Part shown: positions 15,575-24,877 of the stretch, one piece after another
Layout: every line of letters begins with the position of its first letter
Position numbering within the stretch: position 1 is the stretch's first letter
Origin: a virus
Direction: 5' to 3' (one strand)
DNA: 64,000 bases
Virus record (IMG/VR): IMGVR_UViG_3300023435_000659
Coordinates: 4,060 to 68,059 of that record
Notes under the pieces: generated by a model
Database searches by the model: none
Told to the model about the DNA's origin: nothing
Seen by the model: the letters and a program-made list of their open reading frames with translations, nothing else
Made by a program: the position numbers and the translations under genes

Positions 15575-16438
15575 ATGGGTACTACCAGACTTTCTGCCGA
15601 GGGTGCCGTTGGCCGCGGGTTAAGTCCCGCCATTTGGCAAGCATACGGCTTCATCGGTGGCAACTTCAACGATCCGTCGTTGATTCCGTTTTTCTTTGAC
15701 GATTTCGCAAACTTTCCAGTGATGGCAAGTGAAACCGCGCAAGCTGGCTATTACACCTACCAGGATTCTGGTGTGACCGTCCAAGGTTGTGCGGCGGTCG
15801 ATAACAGCGAAGGTGAGTTCGGAATCGTCGAAATTGCCGGCAACGATGCCGACAACGATGAAGGGCATCTTGAATTGGGTGCCAGCAAGCATGGGCTGGT
15901 TCGCATCGACCCGACTGCCGGGGAACGTGCGGTTGTGGCGTTCGAGTGCCGCATGAAGCGGACTTCGGTGACAGACAACCACACGGCCTTTGCCTTCGGG
16001 ATTGGCGAACCGACATTCTGCACAGTCGAGGGCCTAGTGGACAACACGGGGGCACTGTATGCCTCCGGGAAGGATTTTGTTGGCTTCCAAACGCTCACCG
16101 CGAGCAATGAGGAAATCGACACAATCTACCAGATTGACAGTACCGGCACAGTAGTTCAGGTCAAGGATAACGCCGGAACAGCCGTGGCCGATACCTGGAT
16201 CAAGCTGGGTGGCGTCTACGATCCTGGTGCCGAAGCCGACAAGAAGATGAAGTACTTCATCGACGGCGTGGAACTAGGTGATTCGGTGACCGATGCGATC
16301 ATCACCGCCGGAACCGCCTTCCCGACCGATGAAGAAATGACGTTGGTTTTGCTGACCAAAAACGGTGATGTCGGCACAACTACTCACGAAGTCTACATGG
16401 ATTGGTGGGCAATCGGAACCTATTCCGTTGATACATAA
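15575..16438 (+). CDS. Putative capsid-associated beta-sandwich (LamG/ConA-like) protein
   Basis: FFDDF start, KYFIDG, YMDW end; follows MCP; AAGGAG RBS. Confidence 0.65.
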   Translation: MGTTRLSAEGAVGRGLSPAIWQAYGFIGGNFNDPSLIPFFFDDFANFPVMASETAQAGYYTYQDSGVTVQGCAAVDNSEGEFGIVEIAGNDADNDEGHLELGASKHGLVRIDPTAGERAVVAFECRMKRTSVTDNHTAFAFGIGEPTFCTVEGLVDNTGALYASGKDFVGFQTLTASNEEIDTIYQIDSTGTVVQVKDNAGTAVADTWIKLGGVYDPGAEADKKMKYFIDGVELGDSVTDAIITAGTAFPTDEEMTLVLLTKNGDVGTTTHEVYMDWWAIGTYSVDT

Positions 16439-16461
16439 CGTCCACCTCGCGTGGGCCTCCC

Positions 16462-16493
16462 GCCCCCGGCAGTCCGTAGTGACTGCTGGGGGC
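16462..16493 (+). promoter_or_regulatory. Intergenic hairpin
   Basis: GCCCCCGGCAGTC-CGTAGT-GACTGCTGGGGGC. Confidence 0.55.
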
Positions 16494-16582
16494 ATTGTTG
16501 GATGCCGGCTTCCACGACCGAAGACGCGGCCGGGCTTGTGCCAACCGGACCATCTTAACCCCCGATGTAAAAGGGAAATTCG

Positions 16583-16996
16583 ATGTCTAACGAAAACGTC
16601 ATGCGGTTGTTCAATGATGCTGTTACTAACGGCCGAGTTCGCCCCAGACTGAATGTCATCGTCAAGACAGCCAGCTATACCGTCACATCAGGTGACTTTG
16701 GCTCGGTACTTACGACGCGCGGTGCTCAGGCCGCAGTTACGTTTACGCTGCCGGCAGCCTCGACGCAGAACAAGGGCGAGTGGATGTTGTTCGTCAACGT
16801 GGCCAACCAGAACATGATTATTGCCGGTGCCGATGAGGAGCTAGTTGTGTTCAATGACCTGACAGCCGATAGTATCGCGTTCCAAACCGGCAGCGAAAAA
16901 ATCGGCGGGGCATTCCTGGCGATCTCGGACGGGACAAGCTGGACTGTGCAGCCACTTGCAACAGAGACACAAACAGTAACCGTTGCTTCGGCTTAA
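16583..16996 (+). CDS. Putative virion decoration protein, copy 1 (no tail)
   Basis: KTASYTVT..D.G....TFTLPAA...ISDGTSW structural module. Confidence 0.75.
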   Translation: MSNENVMRLFNDAVTNGRVRPRLNVIVKTASYTVTSGDFGSVLTTRGAQAAVTFTLPAASTQNKGEWMLFVNVANQNMIIAGADEELVVFNDLTADSIAFQTGSEKIGGAFLAISDGTSWTVQPLATETQTVTVASA

Positions 16997-17098
16997 CGCA
17001 AAGAAGCAGGGAGTGCCGGTTCTCTTTATGTCCGAAGACGCGGGCAGGCATGGTGCCAACCGGACCATCGTTAATCCAGATGTAAAAAGGAACTTTCA

Positions 17099-17752
17099 AT
17101 GTCTTCTGAAAACATCATGCGGTTGTTCAATGATGCTGTTACTAACGGCCGAGTTCGCCCCAGACTGAATATCATCGTCAAGACAGCCAGCTATACCGTC
17201 ACGTCGGGTGACTTTGGCTCGGTACTTACGACGCGCGGTGCTAGTGGCGAGGTGACGTTTACACTGCCCGCAGCTTCGTCTGTCAACAAAAACAACTGGG
17301 CGTTGTTTATCAACATCGCCGACGAGAACATGATCGTGGCCGGTGCCGATGAGGGGCTGGTTGTGTTCAATGACCTGACAGCCGACAGCATTGGTTTCGC
17401 GACGAACAGTGAGAAGATTGCTGGTGGGTTTTTGGCAATTTCGGATGGAACAAGCTGGCTGGTTCTGCCGATTGCGACGGAAACCCAGACTGTCAATGTT
17501 TTCACGGCTGCATCAACTTCACCTTCGGCTTCACCGTCGCCGTCGAGTTCACCGTCACCTTCGGCTTCGGTGTCAAGTTCGCCGTCGACCTCAGTATCTG
17601 GTTCACCTTCAACCTCACCTTCGGCTTCACCGTCACCGTCGAGTTCACCGTCACCTTCGGATTCACCATCGGCTTCGCCATCACCATCGACCTCACCTTC
17701 GGCTTCGCCTTCTGGTTCGCCATCGGATTCACCGTCAAGTTCGTCGTCGTAA
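17099..17752 (+). CDS. Putative virion decoration protein, copy 2, with mucin-like Ser/Pro tail
   Basis: Paralog of 16583..16996 with near-identical 5' DNA, plus about 79 aa of SPSxS repeats. Confidence 0.8.
   Translation: MSSENIMRLFNDAVTNGRVRPRLNIIVKTASYTVTSGDFGSVLTTRGASGEVTFTLPAASSVNKNNWALFINIADENMIVAGADEGLVVFNDLTADSIGFATNSEKIAGGFLAISDGTSWLVLPIATETQTVNVFTAASTSPSASPSPSSSPSPSASVSSSPSTSVSGSPSTSPSASPSPSSSPSPSDSPSASPSPSTSPSASPSGSPSDSPSSSSS
17513..17749 (+). repeat. Ser/Pro/Thr low-complexity coding repeat
   Basis: TCACCNTCN-type units encoding SPSASPSPSS. Confidence 0.9.
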
Positions 17753-17761
17753 ACCGCCTTT

Positions 17762-17792
17762 GGCATGGGGTGGCAATGGACCGCCCCATGCC
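17762..17792 (+). promoter_or_regulatory. Intergenic hairpin between structural and GT genes
   Basis: GGCATGGGGTGG-N7-CCGCCCCATGCC; no T-tract. Confidence 0.5.
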
Positions 17793-17807
17793 GTGGATGT
17801 TAGTACA

Positions 17808-18536
17808 ATGAATGACTTGACCATCATCTACCTGACAGTCAATCAGATGCCGAAGTGCTGGGTGGAATTCCAGTTATCGCATCTTCGTCATGCAGCAGAG
17901 GGAAGGCCCATCATCTCAATTTCGCGAGAGCCGATGGACCTGGGGCACAACATCTTGCAAACTGGGCCGTTCGGGTACTGGAACATTTATCGGCAATTGT
18001 GTATCGGTGCAAAACTTGCCGAGACGCCTTATGTATCGCTGGCAGAAGACGATGTGCTGTATCCACCGCATCACTTCAGTGCCTTTCGTCCTCCTGCTGA
18101 TTCTGTGTCGTACAATCGGGCAAGATGGTCCCTGTTTACTTGGGACCCGATCTACTGTCTCAGGCAGCGAGTGTGCAATTGCACGCTGATTGCTCCGCGA
18201 GCACTTCTGATTGAGGCACTTGAAGAACGGATGGCGAAACACCCAGACGGTGATTCTCTTCCGGATACCCATGTAGGCGAGGTTGGTCGTCCGAGAGTGG
18301 ATCAGCGACTTAGGGTTAAGAGTCGCAAGAGCGTCGAATGGTGGTCGACTGCACCGGTTGTTCAGCTTAATCACTCAAGTGGAATTGATGTCAGGCAAAA
18401 CCAACAGCGCAAGGAACACGGTCAACTCAGGGCGCACGACGTTCCTTACTGGGGTAAAGCCGTAGACATTGCCGCAAAATATCTCGGAAGGCCCGTAGAG
18501 GTTCCCAAGAAACACAAGGAAAAAACACTGCAATGA
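17808..18536 (+). CDS. GT-A fold glycosyltransferase (GT2-like)
   Basis: LTIIYLT...GAKLAETPYVSLAEDDVLY (xDD motif). Confidence 0.7.
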   Translation: MNDLTIIYLTVNQMPKCWVEFQLSHLRHAAEGRPIISISREPMDLGHNILQTGPFGYWNIYRQLCIGAKLAETPYVSLAEDDVLYPPHHFSAFRPPADSVSYNRARWSLFTWDPIYCLRQRVCNCTLIAPRALLIEALEERMAKHPDGDSLPDTHVGEVGRPRVDQRLRVKSRKSVEWWSTAPVVQLNHSSGIDVRQNQQRKEHGQLRAHDVPYWGKAVDIAAKYLGRPVEVPKKHKEKTLQ

Positions 18537-19117
18537 ATCCACACGAATGTATTTCAGAGACGTTCAGTACCAAGGAACGTCGTGACAGTATGCCGCGATT
18601 GTTACGCCGAGGAACCAGGGATGATCTTGGAAAGGTCTTCAAGACCCTTGGATACCGGGATGGAGTAGAGGTGGGTACGAGGAAGGGCATTTTTGCCGAG
18701 ATCCTTTGCCGTGCTCATCCCGACATGCACCTGCGATGTGTCGATCCGTGGATGGGATACAACAGCGTGAGTCAGAAACGCCAGAATCTCATCTATCCCG
18801 AAGCCGTAAAACGGTTGTCGAAGTACAACGCAACCATCATCCGCAAGACAAGTATGGACGCGGTTGCTGATTTCGAGGATAGGTCACTTGATTTCATTTA
18901 CATCGACGGGAATCACAAGTTCGATTTCGTGATGCTGGATTTGATTCACTGGGTGCCCAAGATACGGAAGGGCGGGATTGTGTCGCTGCACGATTACAGG
19001 CCGGGACATTGGGCTGGTGTCGTGGAGGCAGTGGACGCCTACACGCGGTGCCATGATATTCGTCCGTGGTACGTGACCAGGGAAGGGGAGCCAACGGCAT
19101 TATGGGTTCAAGGGTAG
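18533..19117 (+). CDS. Class I SAM methyltransferase (Methyltransf_24-like)
   Basis: VEVGTRKG, VDPW, DFIYIDGNH, GGIVSLHDY. Confidence 0.88.
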   Translation: MNPHECISETFSTKERRDSMPRLLRRGTRDDLGKVFKTLGYRDGVEVGTRKGIFAEILCRAHPDMHLRCVDPWMGYNSVSQKRQNLIYPEAVKRLSKYNATIIRKTSMDAVADFEDRSLDFIYIDGNHKFDFVMLDLIHWVPKIRKGGIVSLHDYRPGHWAGVVEAVDAYTRCHDIRPWYVTREGEPTALWVQG

Positions 19118-19121
19118 GTAG

Positions 19122-19499
19122 ATGTTGCCAAGTATTGGAACACTGCAAGCTAAGGTTTGGGGTGACACTCGGTTACTCTATGCTGCCAACAACACACACT
19201 GCCACCTGATTAGATTTAGGAATGGAGGGTACTGCTCGAAGCACCGACACCAGCACAAGTGGAATCGCTTTGTCGTCCTCCAGGGGACGTTGATCGTCCG
19301 CATCTTTCGGAATGAGAAGATTCACGAGGAAACGACGGTACGAGAAGGCCAAATGACTGATGTGCCTCCGGGCGTTTGGCATCAGTTTGAGGCTTCAGAG
19401 GATGGCGAGGCGCTGGAATTCTATTGGGCCGAACTGGACGCAGAAGACATCGAGAGGAAGACGGAAGGAGGCATGGAGTGCGAAGCGTCGAGTCCGTAG
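19122..19499 (+). CDS. Cupin-domain protein (possible sugar isomerase)
   Basis: KVWG...CSKHRHQHK...VPPGVWHQF. Confidence 0.85.
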   Translation: MLPSIGTLQAKVWGDTRLLYAANNTHCHLIRFRNGGYCSKHRHQHKWNRFVVLQGTLIVRIFRNEKIHEETTVREGQMTDVPPGVWHQFEASEDGEALEFYWAELDAEDIERKTEGGMECEASSP

Positions 19500-19936
19500 A
19501 GCACCTGTGGAAATCACGCGCCAAGATCAGGCAGCGCAACAAGCGACGTCACGTAGAGAAGCTGCACAACACATTCCTGGAAGTGGTGGAGAATCTAGCA
19601 AGAGGCGAAGAGTACGATCCAGACCGGATGCGATCTTCGTCTTTTTTTCAATACATCCGTCGATACTACCAGCACTGGCAAGAGGAGCCGCTATCGGAAA
19701 GAGCCGACCGAGAAGTGCGGGAGCGAATGCAAGATGGAATCGACCTGTTTCACGACATCAAGCAGAGCGGTATGCGTGATCCGCTGGAGATGTTTATGCA
19801 AAGAGGCAGGCGGTATTTGGTTCTCGGTAACCGGCGGTTGGTGATCCTGCACGTTTTGGGCACGCCAGAGGCAGAAGTGTTGACCCACACGAGTTTTGAC
19901 GCATACTGCAAATCCCAGGAAGCGAAAGCCAGATGA
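19478..19936 (+). CDS. ParB/sulfiredoxin-like domain protein
   Basis: DIKQSGMRDPL...LVLGNRRL; GGAGG RBS before GTG 19478. Confidence 0.6.
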   Translation: MRSVESVEHLWKSRAKIRQRNKRRHVEKLHNTFLEVVENLARGEEYDPDRMRSSSFFQYIRRYYQHWQEEPLSERADREVRERMQDGIDLFHDIKQSGMRDPLEMFMQRGRRYLVLGNRRLVILHVLGTPEAEVLTHTSFDAYCKSQEAKAR

Positions 19937-20790
19937 AGGTATTTGTGCTAAACGATACGTCTTCGGTCAAGCGGCGTGGGAGAACGCATGACCATGCTGG
20001 CTCAAATGCCACGATGCGGGAATTGTATTCACTGCTGGCTGGACACGAGATCGTTGGCAGGCATTACGCCGGGTCGAGGAAGATAAAGAGCACCATTGCT
20101 GACAGCGACTTGGTTATCTGCAATGGCGAAGGGACGATGCACCACGACCGCTGGCAGGTGCATCTCATTATGGATGCGTTGCGCGAGGCTCAGGAACGAG
20201 GGCAAAAGACGGCACTGGTGAATTCAGTATGGCACGAAAACGGCAGGCGATATGATGACGTGCTGGACCGATTGGATTTCTTGTCGTTCCGGGAGATAAA
20301 CAGCCATGAGGCGTCTGGATGTCGTGGCAGGATATACCCGGACTTGGTGTTTGGCGGGGCATTTCTTTTGTCGCCGAAAAACAGAAGGTCGGAAATTTGC
20401 AAAGGCAACGATGTGGGAGGGATACTGAATTCGCTTCCGTACCGTCGCATCCCAGTGGAGGGTAGTTTCCAGGAGTGCATCGACCTGATGGCGGACTGCG
20501 CAGTGTACATTACGGGACAGTACCACGGCGTTATCTTGGCGATTATGACGAACACTCCATTTGTCGCCATACGGGGGAACACGCCGAAGATCGAAGGGTT
20601 GGTAAGAACTGCGGGGGTCAACATTGAGGTGTACGGGGACACGAATGACATGGGCGAACGTGTGGAGGCAGCCCGGAAGCGTCAAGACGCATTTGATGTC
20701 ATTCATGCTTACTACAGGAATGTGTTACTGCTACAGACGTGTCCTGAATTTTTGGAATTGTTGGGACTTAAACATCGTGAATATGCCTGA
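19933..20790 (+). CDS. Polysaccharide pyruvyltransferase family protein
   Basis: HAGS, NGEGTMH, SFRE..S, PDL, TGQYHG, TPKIEGL. Confidence 0.8.
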   Translation: MKVFVLNDTSSVKRRGRTHDHAGSNATMRELYSLLAGHEIVGRHYAGSRKIKSTIADSDLVICNGEGTMHHDRWQVHLIMDALREAQERGQKTALVNSVWHENGRRYDDVLDRLDFLSFREINSHEASGCRGRIYPDLVFGGAFLLSPKNRRSEICKGNDVGGILNSLPYRRIPVEGSFQECIDLMADCAVYITGQYHGVILAIMTNTPFVAIRGNTPKIEGLVRTAGVNIEVYGDTNDMGERVEAARKRQDAFDVIHAYYRNVLLLQTCPEFLELLGLKHREYA

Positions 20791-20805
20791 CACAAGGACA
20801 GCCAA

Positions 20806-21555
20806 ATGAGAGTTTCCGTTATCATCCCAGTTCTCAACAGCCACGAAGTGGTACGAAGGCAGATTCTGCACTTCGAGAGGATGAACCTGCCGGATGATGT
20901 TGAGATCATCATTATGGATGACGGAAGCGACCCGCCGTTGAAATTCGATACCGACGTTGTAACAATCCACCAGACCAACGAGACGCGGCCGTGGACGAGT
21001 TCCATTGCACGCAATCGGGGTGCGGAGATCGCCAAAGGCCGCAACTTAATTATGGCCGACGTGGGCTACATCATCCCCAAGAAGATGATAATGGAGGTGC
21101 ATGAGTTCACGGGTCAGAAGATGCAATGCATCCGCGAGTTCGGCGTGCTCGACGAAAACGGCTGTTTTACGCAAGATCGCGAAACCCTATTGGATTACGG
21201 TCTTTTGCCGGCCCGTTATGAAAGGCGAGGCGCCACGATACCACCGCATCCAAACGTCTACGCCATGAATCGTGACATCTTCCTTGAATTGGGAGGTTAC
21301 AACGAAGGACTTGTTCTTCGACGGCAGTACCCCCAGGGTGAAGACAATCTCTGGAAACACGTTTGGGCCAAGTGGCAGAAGGCAGGAAAGGGGCAGGTTG
21401 ATGAGTACCGGCCGACAGTCTATATGTTCCCGCGTGGGCAATTTTGCGGGGATGTGGATTACAACCCGCACAATCTGTTCCACGGCTTGACTCGCAAGAC
21501 CAGGACCAACGTGTTCTGGCACCGGCAATTGCGACGGGAGGCGAAGGCGAAATGA
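20806..21555 (+). CDS. Glycosyltransferase family 2 (GT7C-like C-terminus)
   Basis: VSVIIP, DDGS, ARNRGA, GGYNE...GED. Confidence 0.88.
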   Translation: MRVSVIIPVLNSHEVVRRQILHFERMNLPDDVEIIIMDDGSDPPLKFDTDVVTIHQTNETRPWTSSIARNRGAEIAKGRNLIMADVGYIIPKKMIMEVHEFTGQKMQCIREFGVLDENGCFTQDRETLLDYGLLPARYERRGATIPPHPNVYAMNRDIFLELGGYNEGLVLRRQYPQGEDNLWKHVWAKWQKAGKGQVDEYRPTVYMFPRGQFCGDVDYNPHNLFHGLTRKTRTNVFWHRQLRREAKAK

Positions 21556-22733
21556 ACATTACGCTTCTCAGATGCCCGTCTCCGTTCCTGATTGACGAGA
21601 AGGTCTTTCCACCGCTCGGGTTGCTGACAGTTGGGACTGCGCTAAAGCGTCAAGGTTGCTGTGTTACCGTGCGTGACGAAGTAGTGCCATGGTCCGACTG
21701 GTACGGTGTCGGCCCTACGACAGCAGAATATTCGACAGCGAAGAAACTGCTGCGTGCGATCAAGCACGATCGGCCGGATGCGAAAGTGATGATTGGCGGC
21801 CCACACGCCTCAACCCGCCCTGATAAATGCCTAGAAGACGGGTTCGACGTTGTTGCCGTAGGGGACGGCGAGAATTTGACAGTAGAGATGCTTACGAGCG
21901 GTGTTATTCATTTGCCTGAGTTGTTGCTGGACAGTTATCCAATCATCGACAGAGATCTCTTGGATGAGGGCATCCATGGATACCACTACGAGATTAACGG
22001 GATTCCGGCAACGAGTATGATAACCTCCAGGGGTTGCCCGTATCGGTGCGCCTTTTGTTCCAAATACTCAACAGGCGTGCGGTTCAGAAGCGCTGGGCTT
22101 GTCAACGACGAGATTACCCTTTTGCATGAAGTCTTTGGCTTCAGCGCATTGATGTTCTACGACGACACGTTTATTCTCCGCCCGCAGCGAGTGCTGGAGA
22201 TTTGTAAGCACCTGAAGACTTTGGGCATTGTCTGGAGATGTTTTGTACGGGGCGATCTGATCGTGAAACATGGGATGGACTTCGTGAAGCTCATGGCGGA
22301 TTCTGGCTGTGTGGAAGTGGCGATGGGTGTGGAATCCGGGTCCGATGAGATACTGAAGGCCATCCACAAGGGAGAAACTGTTTCTGACATTCGCCGAGCG
22401 ACTGAATGGCTGGATCACTACGGCATTCGCGTCAAGGGCTTGTTTATCGTCGGCTTACCCGGCGAAAGCTGGGAGACGCTGGAAGACACTACCCGCTTGA
22501 TAAGCGAGTTGCCTTTTTCGGCATTGGACTTCACGGTCTTCCAACCCTACGCCGGCAGTCCGATTTACGAAAACAAGCAGGATTACGACATTGACTGGGA
22601 TGAATTGCCGTGGGATGAGAGTTACTTCAAAAGCCGACCCGGCGAATACCATTGTCATGTCCGAACTTCTTCGTTAAGCTCCAAGGAAATCGAGTCCGCG
22701 AGAAACAAACTAGAATTGACAGGAGCATTGTAG
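21552..22733 (+). CDS. B12-binding radical SAM protein (class B methylase-like)
   Basis: PPLGL, GGPHA, GDGE, SRGCPYRCAFC (CxxxCxxC), DDTF, GVESGS, GLPGE. Confidence 0.93.
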   Translation: MNITLLRCPSPFLIDEKVFPPLGLLTVGTALKRQGCCVTVRDEVVPWSDWYGVGPTTAEYSTAKKLLRAIKHDRPDAKVMIGGPHASTRPDKCLEDGFDVVAVGDGENLTVEMLTSGVIHLPELLLDSYPIIDRDLLDEGIHGYHYEINGIPATSMITSRGCPYRCAFCSKYSTGVRFRSAGLVNDEITLLHEVFGFSALMFYDDTFILRPQRVLEICKHLKTLGIVWRCFVRGDLIVKHGMDFVKLMADSGCVEVAMGVESGSDEILKAIHKGETVSDIRRATEWLDHYGIRVKGLFIVGLPGESWETLEDTTRLISELPFSALDFTVFQPYAGSPIYENKQDYDIDWDELPWDESYFKSRPGEYHCHVRTSSLSSKEIESARNKLELTGAL

Positions 22734-23684
22734 ATGACGTTTGCAAAGGACCTTTCGATTATTGTGCCGGGCAGAAATGAGCAGTTCATGCGGCATACGA
22801 TTGAAGACGTGCTTTCGCATAGTCGAGGCGACACGGAAGTAATCGCAGTCTGCGATGGTAGCTGGCCGGACCCGCCGCTGCAAGATCACCCACAAGTCAA
22901 GCTATTGCATACCACTACCCCAGTGGGCCAGCGGGCGGCGACAAACCTTGGGGTGCAATTGAGTCGCGCCAAGTACATTATGAAGCTGGACGCTCACTGT
23001 TCCACGGACGAGGGTTTCGACATCAAAATGATGGAGAAGATGCAGCCCGACTGGACAATGATTCCAAGTATGCACCGGCTGCATATCTTCGATTGGGCGT
23101 GTCCTGACTGTGGAGAACGAGTGTACCAGGGAGCCAAGCCGAAAACGTGCGAAGAATGTGGTGGCACCGAATTCTATATGCACATGGTTTGGGAACCTCG
23201 CTTGCAGTTCGATCCAACGGTGTCGTGGCTATTTGACAAAGCACTGCACTTCCAGTATTGGCGGAAACATAAGCGCCGACCCGAAGTGAAGGAGCAGGCC
23301 GAATCGGGCATCATCGAAACGATGTCCTGCATCGGCTGTGCGTTCCTGATGGAGCGGGAGCGGTTCTGTGAGTTGGGCGGCATGGATGAAGGGCATGGAA
23401 GCTGGGGGCAGTACGGCACAGAATTGGCCTGCAAGGCGTGGCTGTCTGGCGGGAAGATGGTAACGTGTCTCGATACCTGGATTGCACATCTCTTTAGAAC
23501 AGGGAATTTTTCCAAGGGCAATAACTCAAGTTGGCCATATCCGATCTCGCAACGAGACATCGACAAGGCCAGGAAGTATTCCAGAGACCTATGGCTAAAC
23601 GATAAGTGGCCGAAGGCGGTTCGTCCGCTTTCGTGGCTGATTGAACACTTTAAGCCAATACCGGCTTGGCATGACAAGAAGTAA
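22734..23684 (+). CDS. GT-A glycosyltransferase resembling polypeptide GalNAc-transferases (GT27-like), with a Zn-ribbon insert
   Basis: SIIVPGRNE, KLDAHC (DxH), GGMDEG.GSWG...EL..KAWLSGG, IAHLFR...PY; CPDC/CEEC insert. Confidence 0.8.
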   Translation: MTFAKDLSIIVPGRNEQFMRHTIEDVLSHSRGDTEVIAVCDGSWPDPPLQDHPQVKLLHTTTPVGQRAATNLGVQLSRAKYIMKLDAHCSTDEGFDIKMMEKMQPDWTMIPSMHRLHIFDWACPDCGERVYQGAKPKTCEECGGTEFYMHMVWEPRLQFDPTVSWLFDKALHFQYWRKHKRRPEVKEQAESGIIETMSCIGCAFLMERERFCELGGMDEGHGSWGQYGTELACKAWLSGGKMVTCLDTWIAHLFRTGNFSKGNNSSWPYPISQRDIDKARKYSRDLWLNDKWPKAVRPLSWLIEHFKPIPAWHDKK

Positions 23685-23695
23685 GGAGAACCCCA

Positions 23696-24034
23696 ATGGC
23701 TTTTGCCAGAGAAGACGTTTTCGGAATGTTCTCACTGACTGCCGCAACGGAAATCTCGTTGCCGTTGGACGTGCGCTATCAGTACAAAATAGCCCACACG
23801 GGTGACGATGCGGCTGGAAACGATGACGCGAACTCGGCTAAGTCCGCATGGTTGTCTACGCTATCGGCCACAATCACCTGTGACGGCACCGTAGAGGACG
23901 AGAAATACGAGTTGGTGACCGACACCGATGAAACATTCGGTCCCGGCATCAGCACGTTGTACGTGAAGTCGACGACCAGTGCGGATGGCGTCATTAAGCT
24001 CTTCCGCATCGGCACCCCCACTAACTCCTACTGA
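23696..24034 (+). CDS. Hypothetical (possibly structural) protein
   Basis: AAGGAG RBS. Confidence 0.7.
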   Translation: MAFAREDVFGMFSLTAATEISLPLDVRYQYKIAHTGDDAAGNDDANSAKSAWLSTLSATITCDGTVEDEKYELVTDTDETFGPGISTLYVKSTTSADGVIKLFRIGTPTNSY

Positions 24035-24042
24035 GACCCATT

Positions 24043-24558
24043 ATGAAGTCACGAATGCCTGACGATTACACAATTCCCGATGATCCTGACACCGGCCGTA
24101 TGGATGCTGCGTATCTTCGATCCTGCCTTGGCCTTCGCGCCAAGCCCGATGAAGATCCTCCACAATTACCCCTGGCCGTGCGTCAGGTTCATTACGACAT
24201 GGCCCGATCGCTCTCTATTTTAGGGGCGATCGGGCCAGCGGGAATGGATCCAACACAACTAGCAACAGTGGTGACACTGGCATTGCGGAACGACTCACTG
24301 CAACTGCCGAAACCCGAGAAGTCAGCATACTCGTTCATGCCTGAAGTGGAGGCGGGCCGTGTCAAGATAGGCCAGAGGGTAGTGGTTCACTGGCGCAACA
24401 AAGACCATCCGGCGCATTTTATTGGGATGAACGGGGACCGCGTGGTATTGCTGCATGATGGGAACGAACGGCGATTCCGCCCTGATCTTGTGCGATACCC
24501 CAAGGAAGGTGAATTCCCGGAAGTTGCGGAGAATCTTAACTCGCCAGCAATAGCATAA
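24043..24558 (+). CDS. Hypothetical protein (SH3-like C-terminus)
   Basis: Co-oriented ORF; IGQRVVVHW beta-rich end. Confidence 0.65.
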   Translation: MKSRMPDDYTIPDDPDTGRMDAAYLRSCLGLRAKPDEDPPQLPLAVRQVHYDMARSLSILGAIGPAGMDPTQLATVVTLALRNDSLQLPKPEKSAYSFMPEVEAGRVKIGQRVVVHWRNKDHPAHFIGMNGDRVVLLHDGNERRFRPDLVRYPKEGEFPEVAENLNSPAIA

Positions 24559-24568
24559 GGGGGGCACC

Positions 24569-24823
24569 ATGCCTACAAACGTAAACGGCCTGGCTACGTG
24601 GATGAAAGTCGCGACAATAGCGGTGGGATTCCTTGCTACCTCGGTTGCTAGCGGTCTGAGTGGCGCGTACCTGATGGGGTCGAGTCGCTCGGATACGGCA
24701 GCGGCAATCCAGCAGAACACGGAATGCCGGAAGGACCACGAGCAGCGTATCCGGCTGGTCGAATCCACGCTGTCGCGAATGGACGCGAACTTGGAATGGA
24801 TACGCGAGGCATTGGAGAAGTAG
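24569..24823 (+). CDS. Small membrane protein (holin-like)
   Basis: N-terminal hydrophobic helix plus DHEQRIRLVE coiled coil. Confidence 0.55.
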   Translation: MPTNVNGLATWMKVATIAVGFLATSVASGLSGAYLMGSSRSDTAAAIQQNTECRKDHEQRIRLVESTLSRMDANLEWIREALEK

Positions 24824-24877
24824 CTTCGGCCGGTGCGGCTGCCGGTGCGGGCGTTCACTTTTTGACGAGGTAGTAGC

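Noticed and set aside
14680-15669. 329-aa antisense ORF over the capsid gene (also 12004..12951 and 24536..25330)
   Set aside because: Antisense shadows of strongly codon-biased genes; no recognisable motifs.
16583-17512. Near-identical gene pair as DGR template/variable repeats
   Set aside because: Differences are not adenine-specific and there is no reverse transcriptase in the window.
17191-17766. Antisense Gly/Glu/Asp-rich ORFs (also 36432..37118 and 36464..37135) and the Arg/His-rich 5' extension of ORF 17391
   Set aside because: These are shadow frames of the Ser/Pro codon repeats, which lack stops by construction; no RBS or operon context.
17808-23684. DNA hypermodification cluster
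   Set aside because: No base-hydroxymethylase, TET/JBP, nucleotide kinase or preQ genes, and the cluster is in the structural operon next to S/P acceptors. Disfavoured but not formally excluded.
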